Positions 36,919 to 48,233 of a stretch of 64,000 bases of DNA are shown in pieces (within the stretch, counting starts at the first letter, position 1; each line of letters opens with the position of its first letter). The notes below the pieces were generated by a model, which was not told the origin of the DNA, did not search any database, and saw only the letters and a program-made list of their open reading frames with translations. Origin of the DNA: a virus; the IMG/VR virus record IMGVR_UViG_3300046642_000296, positions 1 through 64,000 of that record. The stretch is one strand, 5' to 3'. The position numbers and the translations under genes were made by a program.

Positions 36919-37365
36919 TTAAGTCGAGAGCTTGTTAGCCGCAATGTACGCATCACGCGTGGCATTCGACTGACCTTCAGTCACAGCACGGGCCGTGGCC
37001 TTGTCGGTGAGCGCCGTGTTGTAGCTCGTCACCGAATTGGCCAGGTTCGTGTTGGCCAGATTCTTCTGGAAGTTGAACTGGTCCTGTGCGAGGCCGAGTG
37101 ACTTCAATCCCGAGTAGAGGTTGGCCAGGGTTGAGAGTCCCGACAGTCCCAGCTGCATCGTGGGCACATTCAGGCCGAGACCTGAGGTGGCGCCTGCCGT
37201 CGAGCCAAGGGAAGCCGTACTCAGTCCGGAGTTCGCTCCATCAGTGGGCGAACCCAGGCCATAGCCGTTGAGCGAACTGTAGTCATACCCATTGCCGCCT
37301 ACCAGGCCAGTGGGCAGGGTGAAGTTGTACGGCGTGACGGTGCTTGCACCATAGTTGAGATCCAT
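36919..37365 (-). CDS. Small virion/ejection protein (N4 gp52-like)
   Basis: GLAQDQFNFQK...SYNTALTD; synteny. Confidence 0.8.
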   Translation of the reverse strand: MDLNYGASTVTPYNFTLPTGLVGGNGYDYSSLNGYGLGSPTDGANSGLSTASLGSTAGATSGLGLNVPTMQLGLSGLSTLANLYSGLKSLGLAQDQFNFQKNLANTNLANSVTSYNTALTDKATARAVTEGQSNATRDAYIAANKLST

Positions 37366-37378
37366 AGTGGAATCCTGA

Positions 37379-39958
37379 TCAGGTAACGAGATTCTGAGAA
37401 ATATCCAGAGTCAATGACGTAAATTCGGTGATCAGTGCGGTGTTGAGTTCCGCAATGTCGCTACCCGTCATCAGTGTTCTGTTGAGGAAGCTGTCCGGTG
37501 TTTCATAGGTATAACCCATGCCATCTGAACCAGACAGCGAAGCGGAGTCTGTGAGCTCCATCGGGTCGAACGTTGCCATGTCCGTACCAATCACAGAGGC
37601 GTACTTATCAGACACCGACTTCATCTCGGTATTGTACTGATCGAGCAGTTCAGTAGTCTGCTTAATTACGTCCTGTGTCTCTGCCCCGATGTACTCGCTG
37701 ACACCTTTGCCCACAGCCTCTGTGAGCTGGAGCAAGGTGGACGGGCTGGTGAGCTGGCTCAGTGATGTGGTCCACGTTGCCCCATTCAGCATGCTGCCGC
37801 CCACCACCATCACCACGACCGTGGCAATGGCGCCAACGATCGCACCCACCTTGTCACCGAAAATCTTCTTCGACACATAACCGATGATCTTCGAGACGAT
37901 CATGGCCGCGACCATGGTGATGGCAAAGCCAGCAACGATGGCGGCCACGCCCGATAAGCCAATAGCTGCGCCGATGCTGCCATACACGGCTGTGGCTGGC
38001 CCCGTACCTGTGCCAAAAGTGAAGTACGTGATGATGATGATGATCACGATCATCACAATCTGGAAGATCCCGGTCTGATACCACTTCTTCTTCACCACCT
38101 GGTAGCAGTTGAAGACGAGGTAAGTGCACGCTGTGGCCATCTGCGTGCTGTCCGGAAGGGACATCGCCGCAAAGATTCCCTCATGCAGCGGAATGATGAA
38201 GCCCGACTCTTCCGTGTCATTGATCGCATCAGTCAGGGCAATATCGACTGACTTGCCGCCGTAGATGTAGTTGCGATGCACGAGGCCATAGACCGTGACT
38301 GCCTTCCAGTTGTTGTCATCCACCTGCCAGTAGAGCGTGGCGTTGGCCACCTGGTAACTCGTCTGGACCGCAGCGGTATCCGGATCCTGGCTGGTTCGAA
38401 CAGTCTTCGAGAAGGTGTCGGCCCCATTGATCACCCACCAGAGGTCACCCACTGCGTGGGAGGAGTCCTTCATCCCGGCCCCGAACGAGGTCTCTATCCC
38501 GTTCCACGAGATCACCATGTCGAAGTTGATGTTCGACGTGCTGGAGGTCTTGATCTCGATCGACTGCGTGGGCAGCGTCGGATAGGCGAGCAGCGCCGGC
38601 TGGGAGGCAGAGTTTGAAGCCGATCCGCCATTGGCCAGCACCCAGGCGTTATACGCTTCCTGTGAGGCTTCGGCTGCCGCCCACTGGGTCTTGAACTGCC
38701 GGTAGGCGTGCGGCGTGAAGGATGTCGACTCCGTGATCGATTCAAAGAACGACCTGATGTACTGCTTGGCCGTCACCTCAGCCACATTGACCGACACCCC
38801 AAACACCACATAGGCGTAGTCGATATCGCCAATCGAGCTGTTGTCGTTGATCTTGTCCACCAGATCATCGAACTGTTTAGCCGTCGCCTTGTAGTAGGCC
38901 TTCTTCGCCGCAGCGTACACATCCGGCTTGTACGTGTCCGACACCATCTGGTTATCGATGCGGATAGGGATGTACGGAAAGAAGTTGCCCATCGTCGACG
39001 GGGCGTTGAACATCGCATCGAGCGTGGCGTTGCCGAAGCCAAGGGCATAAATGAACACCTGCAGCCCGCTCCGGGTCGAGTCCGTGATCTGCTGCGTGTC
39101 GAGCCGGTACCAGCGGGTGGTCACCGGAACACCGCCCACCGCAGCGATCGACTGTACCTGCGTCATCACCTGCCGCACCGAGTAGGTGCGCGCCGGATTG
39201 ACCGGATCGATCCCCATGTACGTGGTTTTCTCGTACACGGTCTGGGTGTTGATACCCGATGTCGTGACATTCGAGAGCACGAGCGTGACTGGTGTGAGCG
39301 TGTTGCTCGTGAGCGTCCAGCCACTGGTATCGGGGAAAGCGCCGGTCGCAGCAAGCGTCACCTGGCTACCCTGCACCAGGGTGCCTGCCACTGTCCCTGA
39401 GTTCAGGGTGTAGGTCGCAAAGAGGAACCGGGCATCGGCCACAAACCCGGCCGGACTGAACGCTGCCGTGGAACCATCGGCCCAGGTGATCGCGCCCAGG
39501 CCATTGAGGTAATCGCAGTGCCAGTTCGTGTCGATAAGCGTCGGGTGATTCTCCAGGATGTACTGCTCGGCCCACCAGGAAATGTCGGCATAGCCCAGAT
39601 CCGTCTCCTGGATCGAGACTGAGTAGCCATCCGGTGCACCCAGCGTAGCCAGGATCTGGTCAGCCAGCGAATCCGTGTCGATCGAATTGCCGGTGACCAG
39701 CGAGCCAGAGGTGAAACCCACCGCATCACTGTAGCCCGAGTTCGTGCCGGCCGCCCACCGGTAGAAGGTGCGCAGCGACATGCCCGGCCCACCCTGGTAG
39801 GCCGAGAGCACGGCGTCGCCAACCGAGGCTTCCCCGTCGCCAATGACCGCGGCGAGCACGGACGACTTCAGGAAGTTCGGACGGTCGTTGATGTCGCCCG
39901 CCAGGTTGTAGATGGACGATGCGACAACTGTGGTGGATCCACCCCCGAAGAAGCCCAT
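37379..39958 (-). CDS. Virion structural protein (N4 gp53-like)
   Basis: MGFFG...VASSIYNLAGD, FFPYIPIR, KKKWYQTG followed by TM segments. Confidence 0.82.
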   Translation of the reverse strand: MGFFGGGSTTVVASSIYNLAGDINDRPNFLKSSVLAAVIGDGEASVGDAVLSAYQGGPGMSLRTFYRWAAGTNSGYSDAVGFTSGSLVTGNSIDTDSLADQILATLGAPDGYSVSIQETDLGYADISWWAEQYILENHPTLIDTNWHCDYLNGLGAITWADGSTAAFSPAGFVADARFLFATYTLNSGTVAGTLVQGSQVTLAATGAFPDTSGWTLTSNTLTPVTLVLSNVTTSGINTQTVYEKTTYMGIDPVNPARTYSVRQVMTQVQSIAAVGGVPVTTRWYRLDTQQITDSTRSGLQVFIYALGFGNATLDAMFNAPSTMGNFFPYIPIRIDNQMVSDTYKPDVYAAAKKAYYKATAKQFDDLVDKINDNSSIGDIDYAYVVFGVSVNVAEVTAKQYIRSFFESITESTSFTPHAYRQFKTQWAAAEASQEAYNAWVLANGGSASNSASQPALLAYPTLPTQSIEIKTSSTSNINFDMVISWNGIETSFGAGMKDSSHAVGDLWWVINGADTFSKTVRTSQDPDTAAVQTSYQVANATLYWQVDDNNWKAVTVYGLVHRNYIYGGKSVDIALTDAINDTEESGFIIPLHEGIFAAMSLPDSTQMATACTYLVFNCYQVVKKKWYQTGIFQIVMIVIIIIITYFTFGTGTGPATAVYGSIGAAIGLSGVAAIVAGFAITMVAAMIVSKIIGYVSKKIFGDKVGAIVGAIATVVVMVVGGSMLNGATWTTSLSQLTSPSTLLQLTEAVGKGVSEYIGAETQDVIKQTTELLDQYNTEMKSVSDKYASVIGTDMATFDPMELTDSASLSGSDGMGYTYETPDSFLNRTLMTGSDIAELNTALITEFTSLTLDISQNLVT

Positions 39959-39959
39959 A

Positions 39960-40820
39960 TCAGGTCAACCCGTTGTTGGTCTGAATCGCATTGAGCACGG
40001 TGTTGATCACATCGTTGGTGAAGGCAGTCGGTGCGGTCAGCCCTTCGTCCATCGTCTTCTGCACCGTCCACGCATCGGCATAGAGCTTGGCCGCCTTCTG
40101 CTCCGAGTCACGCTGGTAGCTCGTGACCTGCTGGGCGTAGAGCTTCTTCTGGGCGCCTACCGTGCCAACGACTGTGGTGCCATCAGAACGGGTGTCGAGC
40201 GTCTGCGAACGCTGCACTTCGACCTGTTCCTTGAGGAGAGCCAGCTGCTGTTGCGTCACCTGCAGCTGCACCGGCAGGATGTTGGCGAGCTGGTATGCGA
40301 GCTGGCCGAACTGGGCGTCTTCCGTGCCGATCTTGGCCTTGGTCAGCGCCAGGTTTGCCTTTTCCGTCTCAGCCTGCAGACGGGCGGTCGTCGCCTGATA
40401 CTTGGCGAGCGCCAGGTTCACCCGAGCCGTGACGGCCGCAATCTGTGCGTTGACCGACTGCCAGTAGGCCTGATCCCGGCCAAGCAGGTATTGCACGGCG
40501 TTCTGCATCGTGCCCTGCACCAGCGCCACGTAGGCCTTGGTGTACTCGGCGCCGGTGATACGCCCCTTGGAAAACTCTTCCTGCAGCTGGGCCTTGATGC
40601 CCTGCATCATCACGTCGAACGTGCCAGCGCCATCGACCGTACCTGTGGTGTAGTCGGCGTTCGTGAGCTTGGCGATCTCCTGATACGCCGCCGAGTCGGT
40701 GTCGGAGGCGATGTTGTAGAGGTCCGAAGTCAGGTCAACCGTATCGACCGTGATGGGTGTCGCCGCAAGCAGCAGGCTGTACGCCAGATTTGCGTCGACA
40801 TCAATTCCGTAAGTAGCCAT
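39960..40820 (-). CDS. Virion structural protein (N4 gp54-like)
   Basis: GTFDVMM...EFSKGRITGAEY and WTVQKTMDEG. Confidence 0.82.
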   Translation of the reverse strand: MATYGIDVDANLAYSLLLAATPITVDTVDLTSDLYNIASDTDSAAYQEIAKLTNADYTTGTVDGAGTFDVMMQGIKAQLQEEFSKGRITGAEYTKAYVALVQGTMQNAVQYLLGRDQAYWQSVNAQIAAVTARVNLALAKYQATTARLQAETEKANLALTKAKIGTEDAQFGQLAYQLANILPVQLQVTQQQLALLKEQVEVQRSQTLDTRSDGTTVVGTVGAQKKLYAQQVTSYQRDSEQKAAKLYADAWTVQKTMDEGLTAPTAFTNDVINTVLNAIQTNNGLT

Positions 40821-40840
40821 GTGTCTTTTCCTGGTTCAAA

Positions 40841-40877
40841 ACAAAAGGCCCGCCCAACTGCGGGACGGGCCTTTGTG
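40841..40877 (-). terminator. Rho-independent terminator
   Basis: ACAAAAGGCCCG-CCC-AACTGC-GGG-A-CGGGCCTTTGT. Confidence 0.7.
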
Positions 40878-40899
40878 CCATCAGCTAAGCGAACGCTGC

Positions 40900-41520
40900 T
40901 CAGGCCTGCGTGTCGATCGAGCCTGCGGCGATCTGAGCCGTGGCCAGTCGTTGCAGCTCTTCCTTCGTGAGCGGCGGCAGCACTTCGAGTGCGAATTCCT
41001 TGGCCCAGGTCGACTCGACACGGGGCACACCGGTGCGGCGATCCTTGATCGTGCGGATGTTGTGAAAACGTCGCGCTTCGAGCTGCTTGTAGATGATGTA
41101 CGGCACATGCCAGCCATCGTCGGTCTGCTCGCCGTAGGGGATGAACTTGCGCACCGTGCCCAGGTGCTCATTGGCCACCGTGAAGATTTCACCGGGCAGA
41201 TCCTTCTTCTTCGGATCCATGTTGGTGATGCGCACGCGCACGAGCTTCATCTGCTCATCCACCAGGTGCTGGCGCAGCGTCTTGCGCTTGATGGGCACGT
41301 CCTGGCCGATCAGCGGATTGGCCGGCTGCAGCTTGTCAGCCGCTTCGGCAGCAGGTTCAGCCTGCTCCTCGACGCCGTTCATCTTGTCCTCGATCTTCTT
41401 CTTCAGCGTTTCGAGGGAGATATTGTTGCTGTACCTGACGCCCATCAGGTCCGCACGGGACTTGAGCATCTGGAGTTCGGTCGGTTGCGGCAGGTCTGCC
41501 GGATCTTGCAATGCGCTCAT
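40900..41520 (-). CDS. Conserved protein (N4 gp55-like)
   Basis: LKSRADLMGV and KLVRVRITNMDPKKKDLPGEIFTV. Confidence 0.8.
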   Translation of the reverse strand: MSALQDPADLPQPTELQMLKSRADLMGVRYSNNISLETLKKKIEDKMNGVEEQAEPAAEAADKLQPANPLIGQDVPIKRKTLRQHLVDEQMKLVRVRITNMDPKKKDLPGEIFTVANEHLGTVRKFIPYGEQTDDGWHVPYIIYKQLEARRFHNIRTIKDRRTGVPRVESTWAKEFALEVLPPLTKEELQRLATAQIAAGSIDTQA

Positions 41521-41544
41521 GCTGGTTCCTCTGAATTCAGTCAG

Positions 41545-41592
41545 GAGCCAAGAGGAAGGGAAGCTGCGTGCAACTCCCCTTCTCCTTGGTTC
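41545..41592. terminator. Intergenic hairpin downstream of the major capsid gene
   Basis: GAGCCAAG-AGGAAGGG...CCCTTCTC-CTTGGTTC. Confidence 0.55.
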
Positions 41593-41601
41593 AGTCGGCT
41601 A

Positions 41602-42831
41602 TTACACCGGGGCGACGGTCTTGACCAGGCCGATACGTTCCGGGCGCTTGATCAGAATGCCGTAGTACCACTTGATCGAGCTGAAGCCCTGCTCGCCGTA
41701 CGGATCGTTGCGATCCGCCGTAGCGTTGCCCGGCATCTTCGTCAGGACCGAGAACTTCACGGTCTTGCCGTCGGTCTGGAAGCCGATCGTCGTGAACGAG
41801 TCGTCACCGATACAGATCATCGGATACACGTCGTAGTGCTCGGTGCCACCCACCGTCGTCGAACGGTAGCCGGGGTTCGTACCGACGGCCGCACCAGCGC
41901 CTGCCCAGTGCAGCATTTCCGGCACCTGGATCAGGCGGAACTTGTCGATCGAGCCGACTTCGCCGTTCAGGACCGTACCGGCATCCGCGTAATGCTGGAT
42001 CTCGATGAAGGCCTTGTTGCCGAACAGATCCTTCATCGCCTTCAACGCCGGCACGAGCTCCGAGCCGACATACAGCACGCGGGTAGCGCCGATCGTCTTC
42101 GTGTCCTGCAGGCGCGAGCCGGTGATGATGGTCGTCGAGGTCGGCGTGCGGTTGTCCGTCAGGATCTGATCGAGACGCATCAGGTTCTTGTACGAGACCA
42201 CCGATGCCGGGATTTCCGGAACAGCGCCTGCTGCCGGCGTATCCTCGCCCGTGATTTCCGCATCGGCCGTTGCAGCGCCGGCGAACAGCACGACACCCGC
42301 GGAGGCCAGCAGATCCTTCTGCAGCGCAGCTTCCGTGATCTGCACGGCGCCGTTCATCAGCTCGGTGGACAGGTGGTCCATCAGCTCCGAGTCGCTGTCG
42401 AAGTCGAGCGATTCCTGCGTGAACTCGGTGAAGAAACCGAACTTGTGGAACGAGCCTTCACGTTGCAGACGGGTGAAGCCGACACGGTTCACACGGCCGC
42501 CGTTTTCGGTCAGCGTCGGCAGCTTCGAGCTGATCGTGCCGATGTCCTTCGACGAGCCGTACAGGTTGCCGTTGGTGATCGTGGCGCCGGTGGCGTCGAT
42601 GCCCTGGTCGTTGATGTTGCGGTCGTCGAGCAGCGGAACGTATTCGTAGACCTTGATGGTCTTGCCGTAGTTCTTCGGCATGTTCGTCACGTTCGCCAGG
42701 GGCATGAAAAACTGCTCCTTGCGTGCCGTGATAATGGCCTTCTTCAGCCAGAAGAAGGTTTGCATCTGGTCCGAGCCGTTACCGTCGATGCTCGACTTGG
42801 TACCGTCAGCGGGTGCGTTGTAGTTCAACAT
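41602..42831 (-). CDS. Major capsid protein (N4 gp56-like)
   Basis: [41 protein letters not shown] and [15 protein letters not shown]. Confidence 0.95.
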   Translation of the reverse strand: MLNYNAPADGTKSSIDGNGSDQMQTFFWLKKAIITARKEQFFMPLANVTNMPKNYGKTIKVYEYVPLLDDRNINDQGIDATGATITNGNLYGSSKDIGTISSKLPTLTENGGRVNRVGFTRLQREGSFHKFGFFTEFTQESLDFDSDSELMDHLSTELMNGAVQITEAALQKDLLASAGVVLFAGAATADAEITGEDTPAAGAVPEIPASVVSYKNLMRLDQILTDNRTPTSTTIITGSRLQDTKTIGATRVLYVGSELVPALKAMKDLFGNKAFIEIQHYADAGTVLNGEVGSIDKFRLIQVPEMLHWAGAGAAVGTNPGYRSTTVGGTEHYDVYPMICIGDDSFTTIGFQTDGKTVKFSVLTKMPGNATADRNDPYGEQGFSSIKWYYGILIKRPERIGLVKTVAPV

Positions 42832-42844
42832 GGGTCAGGTTCCC

Positions 42845-44131
42845 TCAAACTCGGTTCTTCATCTGTTGCAAGAACTCGTCATCGCTCATGGCGAGCGGAT
42901 TGACGAACTTCTTGACCTCTCGGGGAGTGCTCCGCGTTGCCGCAGCGGCACTTGCCTGATCCCCGTTCGTCACAGCCGGTTTAGGTGCGACGACGCGAGT
43001 TGCAACAGGTTCTTTGGCGGCAGGAGTACCTGCATCGCCGGAACCAGAGAAGGAGGGAGTTTTCGCAGCCGGTGTAACCAGGTCGTTGAAAGCGCCCACC
43101 TTCTGCAGCTCGTCGCCCACAGCCTTGTAGGCCTGGATGAACGGCAGATCGGCTGGAATGACACCAAGCGTCTTCAGTCGATTCACCTCAGTGGAGATCC
43201 GGTCGTAGATACCGTTCTCACGCTGCTGGTGCATCGCCTGGAGAATCCCAGGGTCTTTCCACAGCACTTCCTTACTGGCCTGATCCCACGTCGAGTTGAC
43301 GACCTGAAGCGTCGCTTTACCCTCATCGTGACTACTCAAGTCACTCAGAGTGGAGCGGAAGTTCGCCTCTTCGTCACTGACCTTGTGATTTCCACCAAGG
43401 TAGTTTGAATCTTCGGTGGTATCGATCGACATCGGATCGATACCCTTGTCCTTCAGCAGCTTCTGGATTGCCTTGGGATCGCCGTTCTTCACGTCAATGA
43501 GGAACGAGAGCTGATCCGGGTCCGTCAGCTGGTTGTTTTCCAGCATCAGCAGCGTCTTGCGATGCGGCTGGATGTCCTGCATCTTGCGCGTGTAGTTGGC
43601 GCCCATCTGCATCAGCTGGATCGCTTCGTCCACAGAACGAAGTTCGATCATCTTGCCGTTTGCCTTGAACGGCGCCATCACGCGCTTGTAAAACGATTCG
43701 TAGTCGGCAGCAGCCGTCTGGGCAGCCGGCTTGGCCTCAGCGGAGGTATCCGCCTTATCCTTGCCCTGGGCGTCCTTGCCTGCCGCATCCGTCGATTTGG
43801 TGGCTGGGTCGCTTGCAGTTGCTGCGTCCGTCTTACTGTCCTGCTTGACTTCCGCATTGGCCGAAACATTACCACCATTCGTACCCTGTTTACCAGGGGT
43901 CTGCGGCTTGTCTGCAACGTCCGACGCATCTTCAACCTGGGTTGAAGCGGGATCGACCTTGGCGTCAGCACCGCTGACTTCCGTGTTGTTCTCAACAACC
44001 TCGCCGGCCTTGTCGTTGACGACTTCCTGAACCACCTCTGCTGCCTGTTCAGTCGAACCAGGGAGAGGCTGGTTCAGGAAGTCCTCATCTGACATGCCAA
44101 GCGGATTGGTATCCGTGGCAGCTGTCGTCAT
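42845..44131 (-). CDS. N4 gp57-like protein (often annotated tape measure; probably scaffold-like)
   Basis: MSDEDF/MSDDEF terminal repeats, PFKANGK and LMQMGANYTRKM. Confidence 0.82.
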   Translation of the reverse strand: MTTAATDTNPLGMSDEDFLNQPLPGSTEQAAEVVQEVVNDKAGEVVENNTEVSGADAKVDPASTQVEDASDVADKPQTPGKQGTNGGNVSANAEVKQDSKTDAATASDPATKSTDAAGKDAQGKDKADTSAEAKPAAQTAAADYESFYKRVMAPFKANGKMIELRSVDEAIQLMQMGANYTRKMQDIQPHRKTLLMLENNQLTDPDQLSFLIDVKNGDPKAIQKLLKDKGIDPMSIDTTEDSNYLGGNHKVSDEEANFRSTLSDLSSHDEGKATLQVVNSTWDQASKEVLWKDPGILQAMHQQRENGIYDRISTEVNRLKTLGVIPADLPFIQAYKAVGDELQKVGAFNDLVTPAAKTPSFSGSGDAGTPAAKEPVATRVVAPKPAVTNGDQASAAAATRSTPREVKKFVNPLAMSDDEFLQQMKNRV

Positions 44132-44475
44132 TACTCGCTACCCTCCCCTGCGCGTTCTTCTTCGATCGCCTGCTCGATCTCACCGATCTGGGAGGCGGCC
44201 GAGTTGCCGATCATCACCTGGATGTGCAGCCAGCGCTTGAAGTGACCAGCAGCCTGGGCCATCGCCAGTGCGTCAGCACGCTGCGCATCGGTCAATGCCG
44301 GGTCGGCGGACTCACGCGCATAGCGTGCACATTCGCGCTCGAAGAACTCCTCGTGCACGACCTTGCGAAATTCCCGGTTGGCCGAGAGCTTCAGGATCAT
44401 GTCGCGCAGACCGGTGAGTTTCTTTGCTTCTTCCAGGCCTGCTTCGAGCTGCTGGAGTTGAGAGACTTCCTGCAT
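44131..44475 (-). CDS. Conserved hypothetical protein (N4 gp58-like)
   Basis: Lies between gp57 and portal; LSANREFRKVV. Confidence 0.78.
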   Translation of the reverse strand: MQEVSQLQQLEAGLEEAKKLTGLRDMILKLSANREFRKVVHEEFFERECARYARESADPALTDAQRADALAMAQAAGHFKRWLHIQVMIGNSAASQIGEIEQAIEEERAGEGSE

Positions 44476-44504
44476 GGATTGGTCCTTTGACTATCAAGTT
44501 AGGT

Positions 44505-46799
44505 TTAGGTAAGTGGAACCGGATTGGCCATTTGCTGGCCGAATCCTTGCGGTACCGGGGGAACCGGTCCCCCAAAGTTAACTTGAGGGATTGTATTGTC
44601 CGGTATACCTGGCTGTCCAGTCCCGGACATGTTTTTCGACACCTGATTGAAGCCCACTGCAGCCGGCACATCCGGTTTGGACTCCGCACCGTTGGCGAGC
44701 TTGCGCTTGGCAAGCAGCGCCTTGGTGACTTCCAGGTTCTGGTTCCCTTCACTCTGGGCCTGCTGCTTCTCCATATCCCGTGCGTGCTTGGTTCCTGTCT
44801 CCTGCTCGACATAGTTGAGGTTGTTCAGGTCACCCTGCGTGCCAGTCGTACGCGCTTGTGCCTGATACAACTGGGCCTGAGCTTCATTACGATCGATCTC
44901 TGACTGTTCCTTCTTCAGCTGAAGCTGCTGCATCTGCTGGGCGAATGGATCAGGCTGCGGCTGGAAGGTGGCAATCTTGTGAGCCAGGTCAGGCATGCGC
45001 TTCAGGCGCGCAATCTCACTGAGAATGAGTGCGGTGAAGCTCCAGTCAGCTTTGGGTCCAAGGGTCTGCAACATGAATGCCAGATCCTGGGACTGCTGGT
45101 TATCGACTTCGGCTGTGCTGATGTCCACTTCCAGATCAAAGTTGCCGACCAGATCGTCACGCTGAACCTCAACGAACTGTTCATTGGTGACACGCACCAC
45201 TTCCTTGTCAGACAGGAAGACACCGTTCATTGAGATCACTTTCGTGCCGATCTCGGCCATCCCCTTGGCAAGACGCCGCAGGATCGCCATCTCACGCTTG
45301 GACGCTGCATCGAGCGCACCACGGATGCCGGCCGCCACATCCCCGTAAGCCTGGCCGGAGACACCACCGGAAAAGCTCTTCACGCCGGTGAGTGATTCCG
45401 CGTCCTGGTTCATGAGCTGAACCATGGCGAGTGCCGACTGCGGCAGCTCAGGATATTTGTGCTCGATAAGCCCCTGCTGGATGGGCACATTCGGGTTGAA
45501 CTCGTAGTCCTGCCCGTTCTCGTACCGGCGACGGTTCAGCGGGTCGAGCATGCCCTTGGCAAAGCCTTGCTGGCTATTGGCCGAGCGGCCCATCAGATCG
45601 ATCATGCCGCGGGTAACCGCACCGAGGATCTTCTGGTTGTCTTCCAGCATCTCGGCATCCGGCTCACCGTAGGCGGCCCGCTTGATCGGCAGGTACGGCA
45701 CGATGACGAACGGGATCTTCTGGTCGGGGAACGGGTTCTTCTCCATCCGGATCATCGTGTTGCCGATCCAGGTGGCCACGATCGGGACCAGCTCACCGTT
45801 GCCGTCGATATCGTAGTAGCCCCAGTATTCATAGGCCACGACCTTCTTGCGCGCAATATCCCGGAACTGGAAGTCCTGCGGTGTGCGGGTGGCGTGGTCG
45901 GGATCCTGCACGGTCGATGCACCTTCCCAGTCCACCTGGGCGATCTGTGCTGCCGGATACCGCTGGGGCTCTTTCTCCAGCTCCGCCTTGTTGGTCTCGA
46001 ACGAGACCACCGCGAAGAGTGCTTTCGAGGGATCACCGTTGCAGCTCGGATCCAGGAAGAAATTGCGGATGTCGATGACTTCGGCGGTCGGGTAGTTTTC
46101 CAGCAGCTGCTCGGTCATGACCGTCTGCGTGCCATTCTGCACGGCATAGGTCGGCTCACCCGTTTCCTGGTAGTGGGAGACAGCCGATTGCAGCTCAGGC
46201 GGCACCTGGGCGGCGTAGCTCTTCGGATCCTGCTGGTAGAGGGAAAGCGCCTGCTGCAGCTGCTGGGCCTGTGCCTCTGTCTCGATCTGGTAGTGCTGGA
46301 ACACCGGCACCTGCTGCTTGACCTTGGTGCTCACCCGCTTCCAGCCAAGACGTACGACCGAGGTGCCTTCATCGACCGTGCAGCGCACGAAGTCGTCGAT
46401 GAACTTCACCCGGTTCAGCTTGGTGCGGAACTGCCAGTTGAGCACGAGCTCGTTCTGGTTGGCCGCGGCCTTGTCTTCCCATGAGACGGGAGAGACCTTG
46501 AATAATTTGTTGGAGCCAAGGAAAGGCTCGGTGAGCGCAGCGTAGCGCCACTCGGCCTGACGCCGGATCAGCTTGGGCTGGACACTTGAGCGGCCCTTCA
46601 CCTTCGGTGGAGCGGCTTTGCCCTTCACATCCATCAGTTCGACCCAGTGATTGATCCGGGCGATCTGCGCATCATGGGACGGCTTGGCCGCTTCCAGGTC
46701 ACCCTTGAGCACCTGGAGAGACGGCTCGTTCTGCCACTTCGTCAGTTTCTGCTCGACAGCCGTCGACGGCAGCACCTGATCAGTGCTTGTGATCTTCAT
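44505..46799 (-). CDS. Portal protein (N4 gp59-like)
   Basis: [27 protein letters not shown] and GRSANSQQG; ATG at 46799. Confidence 0.93.
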   Translation of the reverse strand: MKITSTDQVLPSTAVEQKLTKWQNEPSLQVLKGDLEAAKPSHDAQIARINHWVELMDVKGKAAPPKVKGRSSVQPKLIRRQAEWRYAALTEPFLGSNKLFKVSPVSWEDKAAANQNELVLNWQFRTKLNRVKFIDDFVRCTVDEGTSVVRLGWKRVSTKVKQQVPVFQHYQIETEAQAQQLQQALSLYQQDPKSYAAQVPPELQSAVSHYQETGEPTYAVQNGTQTVMTEQLLENYPTAEVIDIRNFFLDPSCNGDPSKALFAVVSFETNKAELEKEPQRYPAAQIAQVDWEGASTVQDPDHATRTPQDFQFRDIARKKVVAYEYWGYYDIDGNGELVPIVATWIGNTMIRMEKNPFPDQKIPFVIVPYLPIKRAAYGEPDAEMLEDNQKILGAVTRGMIDLMGRSANSQQGFAKGMLDPLNRRRYENGQDYEFNPNVPIQQGLIEHKYPELPQSALAMVQLMNQDAESLTGVKSFSGGVSGQAYGDVAAGIRGALDAASKREMAILRRLAKGMAEIGTKVISMNGVFLSDKEVVRVTNEQFVEVQRDDLVGNFDLEVDISTAEVDNQQSQDLAFMLQTLGPKADWSFTALILSEIARLKRMPDLAHKIATFQPQPDPFAQQMQQLQLKKEQSEIDRNEAQAQLYQAQARTTGTQGDLNNLNYVEQETGTKHARDMEKQQAQSEGNQNLEVTKALLAKRKLANGAESKPDVPAAVGFNQVSKNMSGTGQPGIPDNTIPQVNFGGPVPPVPQGFGQQMANPVPLT

Positions 46800-46823
46800 T
46801 GGCGGTAATCCAGTGTGCCGCAA

Positions 46824-46869
46824 AAGACCAAGGAAGGGAGTTCGGCGGGAACTGCCTTCCTTGGTTCTT
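46824..46869. terminator. Intergenic hairpin between the lysis cassette and portal
   Basis: AAGACCAAGGAAGGGAGTTC-GGCGG-GAACTGCCTTCCTTGGTTCTT. Confidence 0.6.
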
Positions 46870-46883
46870 CGCTAGGGTGACGC

Positions 46884-47210
46884 TCAGGCTGCTGCGGTCG
46901 TGCTCGAGCTCGAGAAGATATTGCTCACTGCGTTGTAGGCAGCCTTGGCCGCCGAGATGAACGTGGCGAGCGAGGCTTCCACGCCGTCGGACCAGGCCAC
47001 ACCAATGACACCGGCCACGGCTTTCACAGCAGCGAGCACCGAAGCGAGCTTCGTTGCGCCGGCGTTCGACTGGGCGGAGTATGCGGTCTCGGCCGTGTCC
47101 ATCATCTGCACGGCGAAGTCCTTGAGCTTGGTGAAGGCCAGGACAGCATCTTCTGTCACGGTGATAGCCGCAGCGACGGCCGAAGCCACGGAGGTAAGAG
47201 TCAGAGACAT
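46884..47210 (-). CDS. Ala-rich protein in the lysis cassette (LL-H-holin-like AE...G..K pattern)
   Basis: ATG at 47210 with an AGGAAA RBS; contains MMDTAETAY...AGATKLASVL. Confidence 0.6.
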   Translation of the reverse strand: MSLTLTSVASAVAAAITVTEDAVLAFTKLKDFAVQMMDTAETAYSAQSNAGATKLASVLAAVKAVAGVIGVAWSDGVEASLATFISAAKAAYNAVSNIFSSSSTTAAA

Positions 47211-47235
47211 CTGGATTTTCCTTTCGGTTGGTTCT

Positions 47236-47583
47236 TCAGTTGATGAGCCCTTGGGCTCGGAGGTTGGCAAGGCAGGTGGCGACAGCTCGGCGCTTTGTCT
47301 GCTCACGGGCAAGAACGGCGTCGGAATCGACTGCCCAGTCCTGCCACCGCTCGGCGTAGAGGGTGAGCTCACCGAGATCCAGCTCGTTAGCAGGAGCTGG
47401 CGGATACACCGGGTTATGTTCATACGGAGCGTTCTCCCCGCAGTTAACGTCCGGCACGAGAAGTCGCGTCTGCGCCACTTCCTTCGCCATCGTTGCGGGT
47501 TGCTTCGAGAACAGCTGCCCGAGCGCGCAGCCCGTGAGCAGCTGCGAGCTGATCATGACGGTCAGCAGCAGTTTCAGTCGCAT
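47236..47583 (-). CDS. o-spanin (Rz1-like outer-membrane lipoprotein)
   Basis: Signal/lipobox MRLKLLLTVMISSQLLTG-C; Pro-rich; overlaps the i-spanin. Confidence 0.75.
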   Translation of the reverse strand: MRLKLLLTVMISSQLLTGCALGQLFSKQPATMAKEVAQTRLLVPDVNCGENAPYEHNPVYPPAPANELDLGELTLYAERWQDWAVDSDAVLAREQTKRRAVATCLANLRAQGLIN

Positions 47584-47788
47584 CCTGATTTCCCTTGTCG
47601 ATACTGGCCTGAGCCTGACGGGCCGTGTCGGTTTCAACCTTGCCCGTCCTGTTCAGCGTGGTCACGGCCTGAGTGTTGGCATCCTCGACGCCCGCAGTCG
47701 TGCTCGATGACGACTTGCCGAACATCGACTTGAAGAACGTCACCGCACCATTGAGTGCGGCGAAGACAGTCACGAGAGTGGCCCACAT
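47444..47788 (-). CDS. i-spanin (Rz-like)
   Basis: N-terminal TM MWATLVTVFAALNGAVTFF followed by a helical Ala/Gln-rich region; directly after the endolysin. Confidence 0.65.
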   Translation of the reverse strand: MWATLVTVFAALNGAVTFFKSMFGKSSSSTTAGVEDANTQAVTTLNRTGKVETDTARQAQASIDKGNQDATETAADRHDQLAAAHGLRARAAVLEATRNDGEGSGADATSRAGR

Positions 47789-48219
47789 TACGGCACGTCC
47801 TTGTAAAAGATGTGGCTGCCAATCTGCACCGTACGGGTGGCTTCCTTCGTCCACGCCGGAGCTGCAATGCTCTTCGCGTAGTAGTGGGTTGCACCCAGCG
47901 TCAGGTCAGGCTGGAAGGAGGCGAGTACCAGGAGAGCCGCATCCTCACACTCCTGGTACTCGGACTTGGGAATCTCACGGGAACCAGAGAGGAAGGGGTA
48001 GTTCGGGTCGTTGGCGTTCCAGCAACTGAACTGGAACTTCGCCCGGCAGACGCTTGCGTAATCACTCCCCCACCATGTCTTTGGGGAAAGAACTCGGTTT
48101 TTGATTACCCAAGCGACCGCAATCTTCCCTTCCTTCGCCTCTCCTCGGGCTTCGCCCCAGAGAGTTCTGGTCACCGCATCCAAATCCCCATCAGTATATG
48201 TTGGGGGAGTAACAGACAT
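47788..48219 (-). CDS. Endolysin, SleB/Hydrolase_2-family cell wall hydrolase
   Basis: TLWGEARGE, AVAWVIKNRV, QFSCWN, GATHYY and IGSHIFY. Confidence 0.9.
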   Translation of the reverse strand: MSVTPPTYTDGDLDAVTRTLWGEARGEAKEGKIAVAWVIKNRVLSPKTWWGSDYASVCRAKFQFSCWNANDPNYPFLSGSREIPKSEYQECEDAALLVLASFQPDLTLGATHYYAKSIAAPAWTKEATRTVQIGSHIFYKDVP

Positions 48220-48233
48220 CAAGCAATATCCTC

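Noticed and set aside
44570-44589. Palindrome CCCCAAAGTTAACTTGAGGG in portal (a similar one is at ~10742 in rIIB) as extra 18-bp motif copies
   Set aside because: They are intragenic and match only partly, so I did not count them without a PWM scan.
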